From a bacterium (GTDB taxonomy: Bacteria; Hinthialibacterota; Hinthialibacteria; Hinthialibacterales; Hinthialibacteraceae): DNA of 64,000 nt. The first letter of the stretch is position 1; each line of letters begins with the position of its first letter. Positions 41,897 through 52,087 of this stretch are shown one piece after another. The notes beneath the pieces were generated by a model that saw only the letters and a list, made by a program, of their open reading frames with translations, did no database searches and was not told the DNA's origin. The DNA is taken from assembly GCA_963663405.2 (NCBI GenBank), contig CAXXSM010000018.1, forward strand, positions 38,273 to 102,272, in the 5' to 3' direction. The position numbers and the translations under genes were made by a program.

Positions 41897-43812
41897 ATGA
41901 AAATAAACATTGGCCTTATCCTGTTTTTCTTAGTGATTACTTCACTGACAGTTTCCGCGCAAAATTCGGCGCCCGCCGATGAAAATACATTTAACCAAGC
42001 GGCGCAATCCTTTCAACAACGGCTTGAAGCGAGTGTCGCTGAACTGAACCGGTTGCGTGAACAGACTGTTGAAGAAAAGGTTCCACTGAGCCGGAAACTC
42101 AATAATCTCGAGAATGAATTAACTAAAATCCGCGCGGAGTATCAGCAGACAGCGCGGATGCTCGATAGCCGGACGCTGGATCTAAACAATCTGCGCACGG
42201 ATATCAAAACCAGAAAAGAAGAATCCCTTTACCTTTCCAACCTGCTGAGTGAATACATTCGGAATTTTGAATCGCGCCTGCATATCTCGGAGATCGACCG
42301 CTATGAAGACGCGCTGGAAAAAGCAAAATTGGCGGCCGAAAACAGTTCTCTTTCTGAACATGAGGTTCATGAGACGCAGGCCGGTATTCTGACCGTATCC
42401 CTGGAACGTTTAAATGACGCGCTCGGAGGAACCCGCTTTGAAGGTACCGCCGTGGATTCCAACGGAATAGTTAAACCAGGCGCATTCGTTCTGGTGGGGC
42501 CGGCGGCGTTGTTTCAATCCAAGGATGGCGAAGCCATTGGAACCGCCGAACAGCGTTTAGGTTCTCTCGAGCCCGCGGTGATTCCATTCAGCGTCCCTGA
42601 AGACACCGGCGCGGCGCAAGAGTTTATGTCCAACACCGGCGGCGCTTTCTTGTTGGATCCGACTCTTGGGACCGCTCATAAAATTGAAGAAACGCAAGAA
42701 TCGCTTATCGACCATATTAAAAAAGGCGGTGTGGTCATGTACCCGATCTTCACCTTGGCCGGCGCCGCGCTTTTAGTGGCTATTATCAAATGGCTGGGGA
42801 TGATATTCACACGCAAGCCCTCACAAAAACGGATTCGCGCTTTATTGAACGCGGTTGCTGAGCGAAATAAAAAAATCGCTATTGAAAAAGCCAAAGCCAT
42901 CAAAGGTCCAGTCGGAAAAATGCTGCAGGCTGGTGTAGACTACCTCGAAGAACCGCGTGAATTGGTTGAAGAGGTGATGTACGAAAAAATGCTATCCACA
43001 CGCTTGAAACTGGAACGCTTTTTACCGTTCATCGCCATCAGCGCCGCGTCCGCGCCTTTGCTTGGGCTGCTGGGAACCGTTACGGGTATTAAAAAAACAC
43101 GTTTAAATTGATTACGATTTTTGGTTCGGGCGATGTAAAAACTCTTTCCGGCGGAATATCTGAAGCGCTGATCACTACAGAATTTGGTTTGATTGTCGCG
43201 ATTCCTTCGCTGTTGATCCACGCGTTCCTCTCACGGAACGCGCGCGGTATGATCAACCAGATGGAAAAAGCCGGAGTCGCTCTCATCAACCAAATTGGAA
43301 AAACACCATATCTCCCCAAACTGACGAAGAAAGAAACTGAATTGTTGTATCGCAAAGAAGAGAAAACTCTTTTGCCCTCGCTCATAGGCGATCTAAAACC
43401 AGTCTATAGTGAACCGGAAAAACAATCCACGAAAAAAGCGATCTCTACACATACGAATCACCAGATGTTCAGCATCAGCAAAAATGCGACAGTCGCCGAA
43501 GCCATTCAACAAATCCGACAGGCAGGTATACAGGAAGTAATTGACACACTCTTTGTGATTGATGAGAATGGCAAATTCATCGGCCATGTCGCCGCTGGTT
43601 CCCTCTTAACCCGCCCGGAAGATACGCGGATCGAAACGTTGGTCGAAGGCCATCCCCGATTTGTGCGTGTGGACGCCCATGAGAGTGAAGTGGAAAACTC
43701 TTTCAACGAACACAATTTGATGCGTTTACCGATTCTCGATCACGACGATCAGCTAGTAGGTCATGTCAGCTGCGCTGGAAGCGGTAAGTCAAATGGAAAC
43801 GGGAATGAATAA
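41897..43812 (+). CDS. exbB: TtpC-like long MotA/TolQ/ExbB protein with a C-terminal CBS pair, and an apparent frameshift near 43095
   Basis: Periplasmic coiled coil, LDPTLG, KKGGVVMYPI, APLLGLLGTVTG, then in the next frame GGISEALITTEFGLIVAIP. The tail is MgtE-like CBS: TVAEAIQQIR..LFVIDENGKFIG..LPILDHDDQLVG. Confidence 0.82.
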
Positions 43813-44447
43813 TGAATGAATTGAGCGTCCATTTGACAACGCTGTGGGAACAGGCGATCGAGATTTGGCTGGCGGGTGGCTGGGCGATGATCGCGATCGC
43901 GATTATCTCATTTGTTATGTTTGGCTTAGGTTCGCACGTACATCTCCGGCTTTTAGGGAAAGGTTTCACATCGACACGCGAAAAAACGTGGCGCCGCTGG
44001 ATCAATCACCCAGAAGAACGGAAAGGGCCGATCGGTGAATTACTCAATTTTGTAACGGGCGCTAAAACGCTCAAGGATTCCTCTATTTTCTTTGAGGAAT
44101 TGCAGGCGACAGAAATCACTCCTTTCGAACGGGATTTACGAGTGATGAAAATCTGCGTGAGCGCCGCTCCTTTGATGGGCCTTCTTGGCACCGTCACAGG
44201 CATGCTCGCTACCTTCGCCGCCCTCGCCTCCGGTTCGGGAGGTGACAAAACGATGAGTCTCGTGGCGGAAGGAATTTCGGAGGCTTTGATTACGACGGAA
44301 ACAGGCTTAGTCATCGCATTGCCGGGACTCTTTTTGCAATATCAACTCACACGGAAACTGGAACGATACAAAGCGTTTCTAGCTCACCTAGAAACAGTCT
44401 GCGCTCAGAATCTCTATAAGAAAATCCATAAGAACCATCATGATTAA
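43812..44447 (+). CDS. exbB: MotA/TolQ/ExbB proton channel protein
   Basis: Motifs AGGWAM, APLMGLLGTVTGM and GISEALITTETGLVIALPG. Confidence 0.9.
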   Translation: MNELSVHLTTLWEQAIEIWLAGGWAMIAIAIISFVMFGLGSHVHLRLLGKGFTSTREKTWRRWINHPEERKGPIGELLNFVTGAKTLKDSSIFFEELQATEITPFERDLRVMKICVSAAPLMGLLGTVTGMLATFAALASGSGGDKTMSLVAEGISEALITTETGLVIALPGLFLQYQLTRKLERYKAFLAHLETVCAQNLYKKIHKNHHD

Positions 44448-44831
44448 GATCGCAACCTGCAAATGAAAATGAGTCGCGGGAACTAATTCGAACGAGAAAG
44501 CCTTAGGAACTCATTTTCATATAAAAAATCTGAGTCTTCCCGATGTGGATTGATATATCGAAGTACAATTAAATCCTGCAATCCCATCAAACGAATTTAA
44601 TTAATCCCTTCATGTGGAAACAAGAAAGATAAAAGCAGAGAGGTAACTATGGGCCGTTTTCAACAATCGACAATGGATAGCGGCAGTGAAGCGGGGATCG
44701 ATATCTCCCCGCTGATGGACTGTGTATTCATATTGCTGATTTTCTTTATCGTGACGACAACATTTGTGGAAGAGACGGGTATTGAAGTCGATAAACCACA
44801 AGCCGCCTCTTCTGTCCGGCTGGAAAAAAAC

Positions 44832-46814
44832 GCCTCTTCGCTATTTCATGTGGGTAGAGGGTAGAACCTCGAGAAGATTACATTCCAATTTTCCTCTGCC
44901 AAACAGATGGTTACGATCAACTTGTAGACGTTTCGATATCTGTTAAGCGACAAGTATTTTGCAGTAGGATTGCCCTCCATCGATCCGTTTGCGGGTCTGG
45001 ATTTTATCGAAGAAAAAAGAACCATATCTTTATGTGCCGCATGCTTGTGGAGTCTGTGGTCAGGCGCCTCAATAATCTTTCTCATTCCCCCTAATCTTTC
45101 GCAGGTGGCTGTCCAAATCTTGTGGGCAAACCGGCAGGAACTTTCTCTTCTCACCCAGAGTATCGGCGGTTTGTCCATAAGATGGCAGAATCCACAAGCC
45201 CTCACTCGTTCGGATTACTGATCATGAATCGCAGACCGGAGAGACTCAGCCGGTTTCATCCGGTGTCTTTTGCTTAGTTTGGCGGCTTGCCTGCAGAAAC
45301 GGGAACGATTCAAGCCGTATTACTATTTCGTGTGGGGCGAGGGAAGAACCTTGGGAAGATTGAATTCCAACTTGCTTCCAATCAAATAGATGGTAGTGAT
45401 TAAATTGTTGACGTTGCGATAGCCTCTCGCACGGGCCTTGGCGGCTTGGATCAGGCTATTCATCCCCTCCAACAGACCATTGTTGATTCGCGAAGTAAAC
45501 CAACGCACCACACCAGCCCAGTGCTCCTTGATCGTTTTCGCGGCCTTGATCATAGGCTCAATCCGGCTGTGAGTCGCCCAATAATACCACTTTTTAAGAA
45601 ACGATTCCCCCTCCTCCGGATCGTCGAACGAAAACACGTCTTGGAACACGGATCGCAGATGGTAGGCTTTCACCGTCTTCAATTTGCTCCCTCGTACATC
45701 TTGAAAAATTTCGTTCCGTTTCTTCTCTTGCTTGTCCGTGAGATTCCATTCATTCTTCAGCCAAATATACTTCGTCCCCTTCAATAATTCGGGATAAATC
45801 GCTTGGTCTTGTTTGCGCACTTCGTCCACAGCTTGATTGATAATCCTCATCAGGTGGTATTCATCAAATGTCATTTCGGCGGCCGGGAAATTGGCTTCAA
45901 TCCCGGATTGAAACGCCTGGGACATATCCAAACAAAATTCCTCCACCTGCTCCGCCTTTCCGTTATGCGTCTCTAAATCCTCTTTGAACGCCCCCACCGT
46001 TTGAGCGTCCTTTCCATCGGTGGCAAACATCACGCTGCGCTCGTCCAAATCCATGAATACGCTGACATAATTGTGCCCTTTGGCCTTTGAGGTCTCATCC
46101 ACCCCCACCGCCTTCACTCCCGAAAAATCCTCCCTCTCTCGCGCGTCCATCACATAATGAGTCAGCACTCGCCAAATCAGCGTGTCATATTCTCCGACCA
46201 CTCGGCTGATCGCATTGGCCGTCATCCCATTCTCCGCCAGTGCCATGACCAACGCTTCAAATAACAACGTAAATCCCGCCCCCGGACGGGCCCAGGGAAG
46301 ATTCACTGTCTTGACTTTATGATTGGGACATTTCACACGAGGTTGCCGGGCGTGTAAATACGTCTCATACTGAAAGAAATTCAGATGCCTCCAAGTGCGT
46401 CGTTTCGTATCATGCACTCCACACAGGTTCCCGCATTCGGGACAGGGAAACAGACTCCCCTCGGGAAAGTCCAGCGTGAGGTGCAAGGTTTTTTCTTCCT
46501 CAGGAAACTCGGCCTGGACGACCTGCCATGGCTCACTCAAACCTAACGCTAACCGGAATAATTCTTGGTTCTTCATTCTCTTCCTTCTCTCTCTCTCTCT
46601 CTCTTGGGATTGGGATCTTTGCCTTTAGCCTGGGCGGAGGATCGGACCTTGCGGGGACGCGAACTGAGTGCTGACCAAGAAGACTGTCGAAGGACGGTCT
46701 AGCACCGCCCTTCTTGTTAGTTTATCTCGTCGGGATTGGTACGTAAGCGATATATCTTCGGGAGGATGGAGGAAAGCCTTCCCCAAATCTACCCACTCGA
46801 TTCAGCGAAGAGCC
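44832..46814 (-). mobile_element. ISL3-family insertion sequence, 1983 bp
   Basis: Imperfect 27-bp IRs GCCTCTTCGCTATTTCATGTGGGTAGA and (reverse complement) GGCTCTTCGCTGAATCGAGTGGGTAGA. 8-bp target duplication AAAAAAAC at 44824-44831 and 46815-46822. Confidence 0.93.
45323..46576 (-). CDS. ISL3 family transposase
   Basis: Motifs CPECG..RTWRHL..PRVKC (zinc finger), VPW-like LPWAR, GVDETS, CLDMS, FDEYH and NGLLEGMNSLIQAAKARARGYRN. Confidence 0.95.
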   Translation of the reverse strand: MKNQELFRLALGLSEPWQVVQAEFPEEEKTLHLTLDFPEGSLFPCPECGNLCGVHDTKRRTWRHLNFFQYETYLHARQPRVKCPNHKVKTVNLPWARPGAGFTLLFEALVMALAENGMTANAISRVVGEYDTLIWRVLTHYVMDAREREDFSGVKAVGVDETSKAKGHNYVSVFMDLDERSVMFATDGKDAQTVGAFKEDLETHNGKAEQVEEFCLDMSQAFQSGIEANFPAAEMTFDEYHLMRIINQAVDEVRKQDQAIYPELLKGTKYIWLKNEWNLTDKQEKKRNEIFQDVRGSKLKTVKAYHLRSVFQDVFSFDDPEEGESFLKKWYYWATHSRIEPMIKAAKTIKEHWAGVVRWFTSRINNGLLEGMNSLIQAAKARARGYRNVNNLITTIYLIGSKLEFNLPKVLPSPHTK

Positions 46815-47064
46815 AAAAAAACAGCATTCTCATTGCGTTGACCGAGAAGGGAGAAGTTGTTTACGGAGGACGGGAGATTGGAATCAGCGGTGTGCAGCCG
46901 CTTGTCAAACGTATGCTCCAAAAAGAAGAAATCCCAGTCATTATTCAAGCCGACGCGGCCGCTAAATCGGGAATGCTCGTTCGCATTCTTGACGAAGCGA
47001 AGCTGGCCGGAGCCGAAAAGATCAGTGTCGCGACACGTAAAATGTAAATTGTCGTATAGAACTT

Positions 47065-47439
47065 ATGAGAAAGCGTAAAAAAAGTCCGTTTTGGGTGATC
47101 CGTGAACTGTTCCATCGTGTCCTCGTTTTTGTTTGCGCGGCAGGATTAACTCTTCTTTTTTTCCTTGTCCTGCCGTTAATGCAAACACTCACCAAACCTC
47201 CGGCGAATGATTTGATCGTTCGTACCGTCGACACTGCCAAACTCGACGCGCCGGATCCTCCGCTCGAATCGGAACCGGAAGAAGAACCCGAGCCGGAACC
47301 GGAACCACCCAAGTTAATGGAAGACGCTCCACCTCTCGATCTTTCCCAACTGGAGGTTCCAATTTCACCCGATCGAGTCCGCTTAACACAAGGAGAACTG
47401 AAACTGTGGAACGATCCGGAATTTAAATTCAGGGGATGA
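47065..47439 (+). pseudogene. tonB: Truncated tonB: TM anchor and Pro/Glu linker, no C-terminal domain
   Basis: LTLLFFLVLPLMQ followed by EPEEEPEPEPEPP and PPLDLSQLE, then a stop at 124 aa. Position directly after exbD. Confidence 0.75.
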
Positions 47440-47740
47440 GGAAGTCAAAGTACTCGAGGAAATTGTCGCAATCGATCCACTGGATGGAGAGGCGCTTATT
47501 CTGCTGGGACAACACAGCAGCCGGATGGGTGATTTGGAAAAAGCGATTTTCTACTACGAACGGGCCGCGAGTATCGAGAAATATGAAGCCGACGCGAAAC
47601 TCCGCCACGCGCAAGTTTTAGTCAACCAAAGTAAATACGCCGAAGCCCTGCCGCTGCTCCGCCGCGCGCAGCTCCTGGAACCTCGCGAAAACATACAAGA
47701 ATTCCTTGAACAAGTCGAACGAATCGCGAAGACGCAATAG
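47429..47740 (+). pseudogene. 3' remnant of a TPR (TtpD-like) gene
   Basis: The frame reads SGDEEVKVLEEIVAIDPLDGEALILLG...AIFYYERA...YAEALPLLRRAQLLEP. It has no signal peptide or N-terminal part. Confidence 0.7.
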
Positions 47741-47766
47741 AAATCAGTACTACGATTGCTATTCAA

Positions 47767-50439
47767 TCAGTTCCCTTCCCTTTCCCACGGCGCATTGTAC
47801 TTCGAAGTTTCCGTTCCAAAAGTCAATGAAACTTGGAGACCGCTGGCCTGCGAGGTATAGAAAACTCTTCCATTTGAAACTGCCGCGCCCAGGCATTCAC
47901 GCGAGTCGATCGCTGGTCCCGTGGAAACTAATTGACTCTCTTTGGATAAATCGACCATATCCATATTCGCTCCCATCAGATATGGTTCGGATAACGCAAA
48001 GCGGGTACAAGCGTAATTATTGTTGAAGCGGGATACGATCTTACCAGTTTTTTTATCGAGAACATGACCGTCTCCCCGGATGGCGTTGGAGAAGATCAAG
48101 TCATCTCCCACGCTGATTACATTCACCGCCGATTTAACCGGATCCGATCGCCAGATCAACGAGCCGTCCCTGGCGTCCAGGCAGTGGATATACCGCTCTT
48201 CCGTTTTCTCGTCCGGTTGGTTGTATCCACCAAGGTATAAACGCCCATCTTTTCCAGAGAGCGTACAACCCGCTGTGACATAGTGGTTGGTTGTCATCCA
48301 TTGCACATCGCCGGTCATTGGATCGAGAGCGGCGGTTAATCCGTTGGGTTCAGGAGGCAGTCCACGCCGTTTTTTCTGCGAGGAGGAATACCCAAAGAAT
48401 GTGGAGTAATAGAGTTTTCCATCCATCAGACACAATCCGCAATCGTTGCCCCCCCGGCCAATGTGGGAGAAATCCTTTTTCCAGACCTCTTCTCCGGTTT
48501 CAATATTCCAAGCCCAAATGAGTGGTTTGTTATCTTTTGGATAATATGGATTGTCATGGGTATACATCCAGCTCATAATCTCGACAGAGCCGGATGGTTC
48601 GTTTGGCGTTCCGCTGAAGATAAACGCCTTGTCGTTTCCCTGCGCCTCATATCTACCCGAACCGGACGCGTAAATGACTACGTTTTTATACACAACCGGC
48701 GGCGCCTGGCGGCTCCAACTCGGTGAGCCGGTAAACGGCGCTTCCCACAGCAGTTCCCCCGTAGCCGCGTCGAGACAGCGGACCAGGGATCGTTTCATTC
48801 CCGCTTGGGGAAGATACAGACATTCCTGGTGATAGAGAGGCGACGTGAATGAAAGGTAGACGTTTGGCCAATACCGCCGCCACAATAAGCGGCCCGTCTC
48901 CTGTTCAGCGGCGATGATCTGCCCTTCCGCCGTATGAGTATACAATCGCCCCCCACCGCTAACGGGAATATGCTTCACCGTTCCTTCCACCCGCCGGATC
49001 CACCGGATCTTGAGCGGAGGAGTGATATCCTGATCGTTCGCGTTGGTGTTTGAACTATTGCTGTAATTGCTATACCAGTTGAATTTCGAGTTCTGGAGTT
49101 TCCCCTGCAACGGGCTTCGGATTTTCCAGAGCTGAAGATCTTTCTTGGGCGGCGCCGCGTTTCCATCCGATCCAAGGACATAGAGATAGCCATCTTCACA
49201 CCCAAAATAAATTCGGCCATCGCACACAGCGGCGGGAGCGGTAATCGGGCGCCCAAACGGCGTCTTGAATGACCATACATCCCCTTCACCGGAAAGTGGC
49301 GCAATGTAAAGACAGCCGTCTAAACCTCCAATGATCCCCTTATCGCGCAGCAGAATCGGTGGTGTGATCGAGGGATAGCCGCCCAAATAAAGCGGGTCTT
49401 TCCGGCCGGGTGAATGTTTGCAAAAACTCATTCCTTTTTCTGGACGGCAGCGGTACACATCGTTTCCGCGTAAACTGACTGAACTGAAACTTAGCAATCC
49501 ATGTATATTGATGGCCGTTTCCGTCCCGGGGACATAACTTGTTTCAACTTCGCCATCGCGCAGCTGGAGGATTTCCACACGCCCGGCGTTATCCCGACGG
49601 TGATATTGCACGTATACCTCGCCGTTTTCACCAATACTCTGACCGAACGCGGCGGGATATTCACTCCCGGCGTATTTCGGAATGTGTCCTTCCGCAAGCA
49701 ATGCGGGTTGATTTCCTTTATCCTGCAGGAAGATCGTTCGCCCACCAGCGGGGATAACGATCGTATCGTCATACGCTGAAAGATTTCTTGAACAACAGAA
49801 ATGATCACGCCAGGTCACCCGGCCGTTCTTGTGTTTGAGCCAATCCTGCCCGCTCCAACGGTCGCCGGTGAATTCAAGTTGTTCGCGAACGAAATCCCAT
49901 GTCCAACAGACGGAGCCATCCGCTTCCAACGCGTATACACATGCGCCCAGCGTGGCGAAGTATACACGGTTGTTTGTCACAACCGGCGCGCTGAAGATGG
50001 GATCACCGCAGTCGATTTCTCTGATCACACTACCTGTAACCGCATCCAACACATAGTACATTCCAGCGGTTGTGCCGAAATGCAGATACCGGCCCACGAT
50101 CGCGGGTGAGGAAATATTATTGCAATTCCCAGGGCCGCCGAACGTTTCATATTTCCATATGATTTTAAGCGATTCGGCGTCGATACAGAACGCTGTCCCG
50201 GAACCATCCACAATATACACTTTTCCATCCGCGATCACCGGCGCTGTAAAAATCGCGTCGGTTAATGGAACCGCGCCAACCAGGGAAAGCGGTAGCGAAA
50301 CACTTCGGTCAGGCGCGTTTCCAGAATGGCGGCAATCGAATTTGAACTGCGTCCAGTTCTCACAAAATGCAGATACTGTCATTCCCAGAATAAGTATGAT
50401 TGCGAGTGAATAGGTTTTGGTTTGTGGAAGTGTACGCAT
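47767..50439 (-). CDS. Secreted PQQ-like (BamB-type) double beta-propeller protein
   Basis: Signal peptide, WTQFKFDCRHSG and repeated P.V..G.VY....G..YALDA.TG...W motifs. Confidence 0.85.
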   Translation of the reverse strand: MRTLPQTKTYSLAIILILGMTVSAFCENWTQFKFDCRHSGNAPDRSVSLPLSLVGAVPLTDAIFTAPVIADGKVYIVDGSGTAFCIDAESLKIIWKYETFGGPGNCNNISSPAIVGRYLHFGTTAGMYYVLDAVTGSVIREIDCGDPIFSAPVVTNNRVYFATLGACVYALEADGSVCWTWDFVREQLEFTGDRWSGQDWLKHKNGRVTWRDHFCCSRNLSAYDDTIVIPAGGRTIFLQDKGNQPALLAEGHIPKYAGSEYPAAFGQSIGENGEVYVQYHRRDNAGRVEILQLRDGEVETSYVPGTETAINIHGLLSFSSVSLRGNDVYRCRPEKGMSFCKHSPGRKDPLYLGGYPSITPPILLRDKGIIGGLDGCLYIAPLSGEGDVWSFKTPFGRPITAPAAVCDGRIYFGCEDGYLYVLGSDGNAAPPKKDLQLWKIRSPLQGKLQNSKFNWYSNYSNSSNTNANDQDITPPLKIRWIRRVEGTVKHIPVSGGGRLYTHTAEGQIIAAEQETGRLLWRRYWPNVYLSFTSPLYHQECLYLPQAGMKRSLVRCLDAATGELLWEAPFTGSPSWSRQAPPVVYKNVVIYASGSGRYEAQGNDKAFIFSGTPNEPSGSVEIMSWMYTHDNPYYPKDNKPLIWAWNIETGEEVWKKDFSHIGRGGNDCGLCLMDGKLYYSTFFGYSSSQKKRRGLPPEPNGLTAALDPMTGDVQWMTTNHYVTAGCTLSGKDGRLYLGGYNQPDEKTEERYIHCLDARDGSLIWRSDPVKSAVNVISVGDDLIFSNAIRGDGHVLDKKTGKIVSRFNNNYACTRFALSEPYLMGANMDMVDLSKESQLVSTGPAIDSRECLGAAVSNGRVFYTSQASGLQVSLTFGTETSKYNAPWEREGN

Positions 50440-50505
50440 GTTCTTAATCCTTATACATTATATTTGATAGAAGAAAATCAATACTACCTTTAAAAGAGCG
50501 AAAAC

Positions 50506-51954
50506 CTACTGATAATCTTTCCCATTAAGGCTGCGGACAACTGATGTAAGCCATTCTTCAAGGGCGGTTTTCATGATTTTCACCTGGCGGGGAAATTGGT
50601 TGAGAATATCATTTTGTTCATCCGGATCTTCCAGCAGGTTATATAGTTCAAGTTTTACTTGGCCATTCTTGTTTTGTATCCGATGAAGTTTCCACGGCCA
50701 ATCAAGCCACGCCGCATGTCCTGGATAGGAGTCTTCTGGGTATTGTTTAGTAATGTCTCCCGCGTCCATACGAAGACGCCATTCATCACTGATCTCTTTT
50801 CCCTTCTTCTGCGCTTCGAGGAGTTCAGTCATCCATTTTTTACTTGGTGTGCCGATACCGGGAACTGGATTATCCCAAAATCCCATCGGTTTCGGACGCG
50901 TTTTCATCTCCCCGCCGATCAATCCAACGAGACTGACTCCATCCAAAGGCGGCTGGTTTTTTATCTGTACATCCGCGATTTCGAGCAGCGTGGGATAGAT
51001 ATCAGAAGTGTTGCAGGGCATATTGTTCGTCTGCGGCTTTGGCAGTTTGGAGGGCCACTCTAGAATCGCGGGAACGCGGAGACCGCCTTCATAGATGTTT
51101 CCCTTATGACCGCGCCCCCCCGTTGAACCGAGATGGGGAAGCCCCCCGTTATCGCTGCAATACCAGAGAATGGTGTTTTCATGAATATTCAACGCGCGCA
51201 ATTCTCCGCGAAGTTTACCGAACGCGCGGTCCATCCCCGTGATTTCACCATAGAAATGCTGCCGTTTTTCCTCTTCATTATCATAAAGCGCGCGATCCTG
51301 TTCGATCGCTTCATGAGGATTATGGGGAGAGCCAAACCAAACAACACAGAAAAATGGCTGTGAAGATTTTGATTGTTTTCGGATAAACGCAAGAGCCGCG
51401 TCGACGGTCACCATTGAACTTTCACCGTGCGTTTGAACAGCGGTTCCTTCCCTGCTGAGAATGGGATTATTATCAAAGAAATTGGGCGCCGAGAACCATT
51501 CGTCAAACCCACTCGCGCCAGGATTGACCGGACTGCCCTTCTCCACGGAACCGAGATGCCATTTACCAAAATGGCCCGTGACGTAGCCCGCTGTTTTCAA
51601 CGCTTCGGCGAGTGTGATTTCCTGCGGGCGAAGCGTATGCCCCCACTTAAAGCATCCAAACCGGTTCGGATGCCGACCGGTCATCACGCTTCCCCGCGTT
51701 GGTGAACAGACGGGCGCGGCGGCGTAGAAACGATCAAACCGAAACGCGGAAGCGGCCATCGCGTCGAAATTTGGCGTTTTGAGAACGGGATGTCCATTGT
51801 ACGCCATATCGCCCCATCCTTGGTCGTCCGCCATACACAGGACAATATTCGGTTTATTCGATGTAGATTGGTTTGCCGCGAAAGCCAATCCCTGCGCGGC
51901 AATGCAAACACCCGTTCCAGCCGTTTTGATAAAATCCCGCCGTTTGATTCGCAT
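50506..51954 (-). CDS. Tat-exported formylglycine-dependent (S1) sulfatase
   Basis: Motifs KRRDFIK, PNIVLCMADDQG, CSPTR, GKWHLG, SDNG, YEGGLRVP and ELYNL..DP.E. Confidence 0.93.
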   Translation of the reverse strand: MRIKRRDFIKTAGTGVCIAAQGLAFAANQSTSNKPNIVLCMADDQGWGDMAYNGHPVLKTPNFDAMAASAFRFDRFYAAAPVCSPTRGSVMTGRHPNRFGCFKWGHTLRPQEITLAEALKTAGYVTGHFGKWHLGSVEKGSPVNPGASGFDEWFSAPNFFDNNPILSREGTAVQTHGESSMVTVDAALAFIRKQSKSSQPFFCVVWFGSPHNPHEAIEQDRALYDNEEEKRQHFYGEITGMDRAFGKLRGELRALNIHENTILWYCSDNGGLPHLGSTGGRGHKGNIYEGGLRVPAILEWPSKLPKPQTNNMPCNTSDIYPTLLEIADVQIKNQPPLDGVSLVGLIGGEMKTRPKPMGFWDNPVPGIGTPSKKWMTELLEAQKKGKEISDEWRLRMDAGDITKQYPEDSYPGHAAWLDWPWKLHRIQNKNGQVKLELYNLLEDPDEQNDILNQFPRQVKIMKTALEEWLTSVVRSLNGKDYQ

Positions 51955-52087
51955 AGCGTTTCCCTTTTTATATCTGTAAAAATCTTTTTCTATCGAATAT
52001 AAACCATCTCAATTTACGATTGTGCCGTATCGAGTGAATTTTGTCAGGGGGTATTCCCAAATTTCTTCGGTCTTCTAATCGATTGCA

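Larger units (their letters stand above)
44649..47047 (+). pseudogene. exbD: exbD interrupted by an ISL3 (pieces 44649-44831 and 46823-47047)
   Basis: The 5' piece [21 protein letters not shown]...VRLEKN joins in frame to the 3' piece SILIALTEKGEV...VIIQADAAA...LDEAKLAGA once the IS and one TSD copy are removed. Confidence 0.92.

Noticed and set aside
44846-45205. 119-aa ORF inside the IS as a passenger gene
   Set aside because: Its 3' third is a degenerate copy of the transposase end and the rest has no recognisable features.
46736-46822. IS-derived start rescuing the exbD 3' half (103-aa ORF)
   Set aside because: The product would lack the TM helix with the essential Asp, so it could not act as ExbD.
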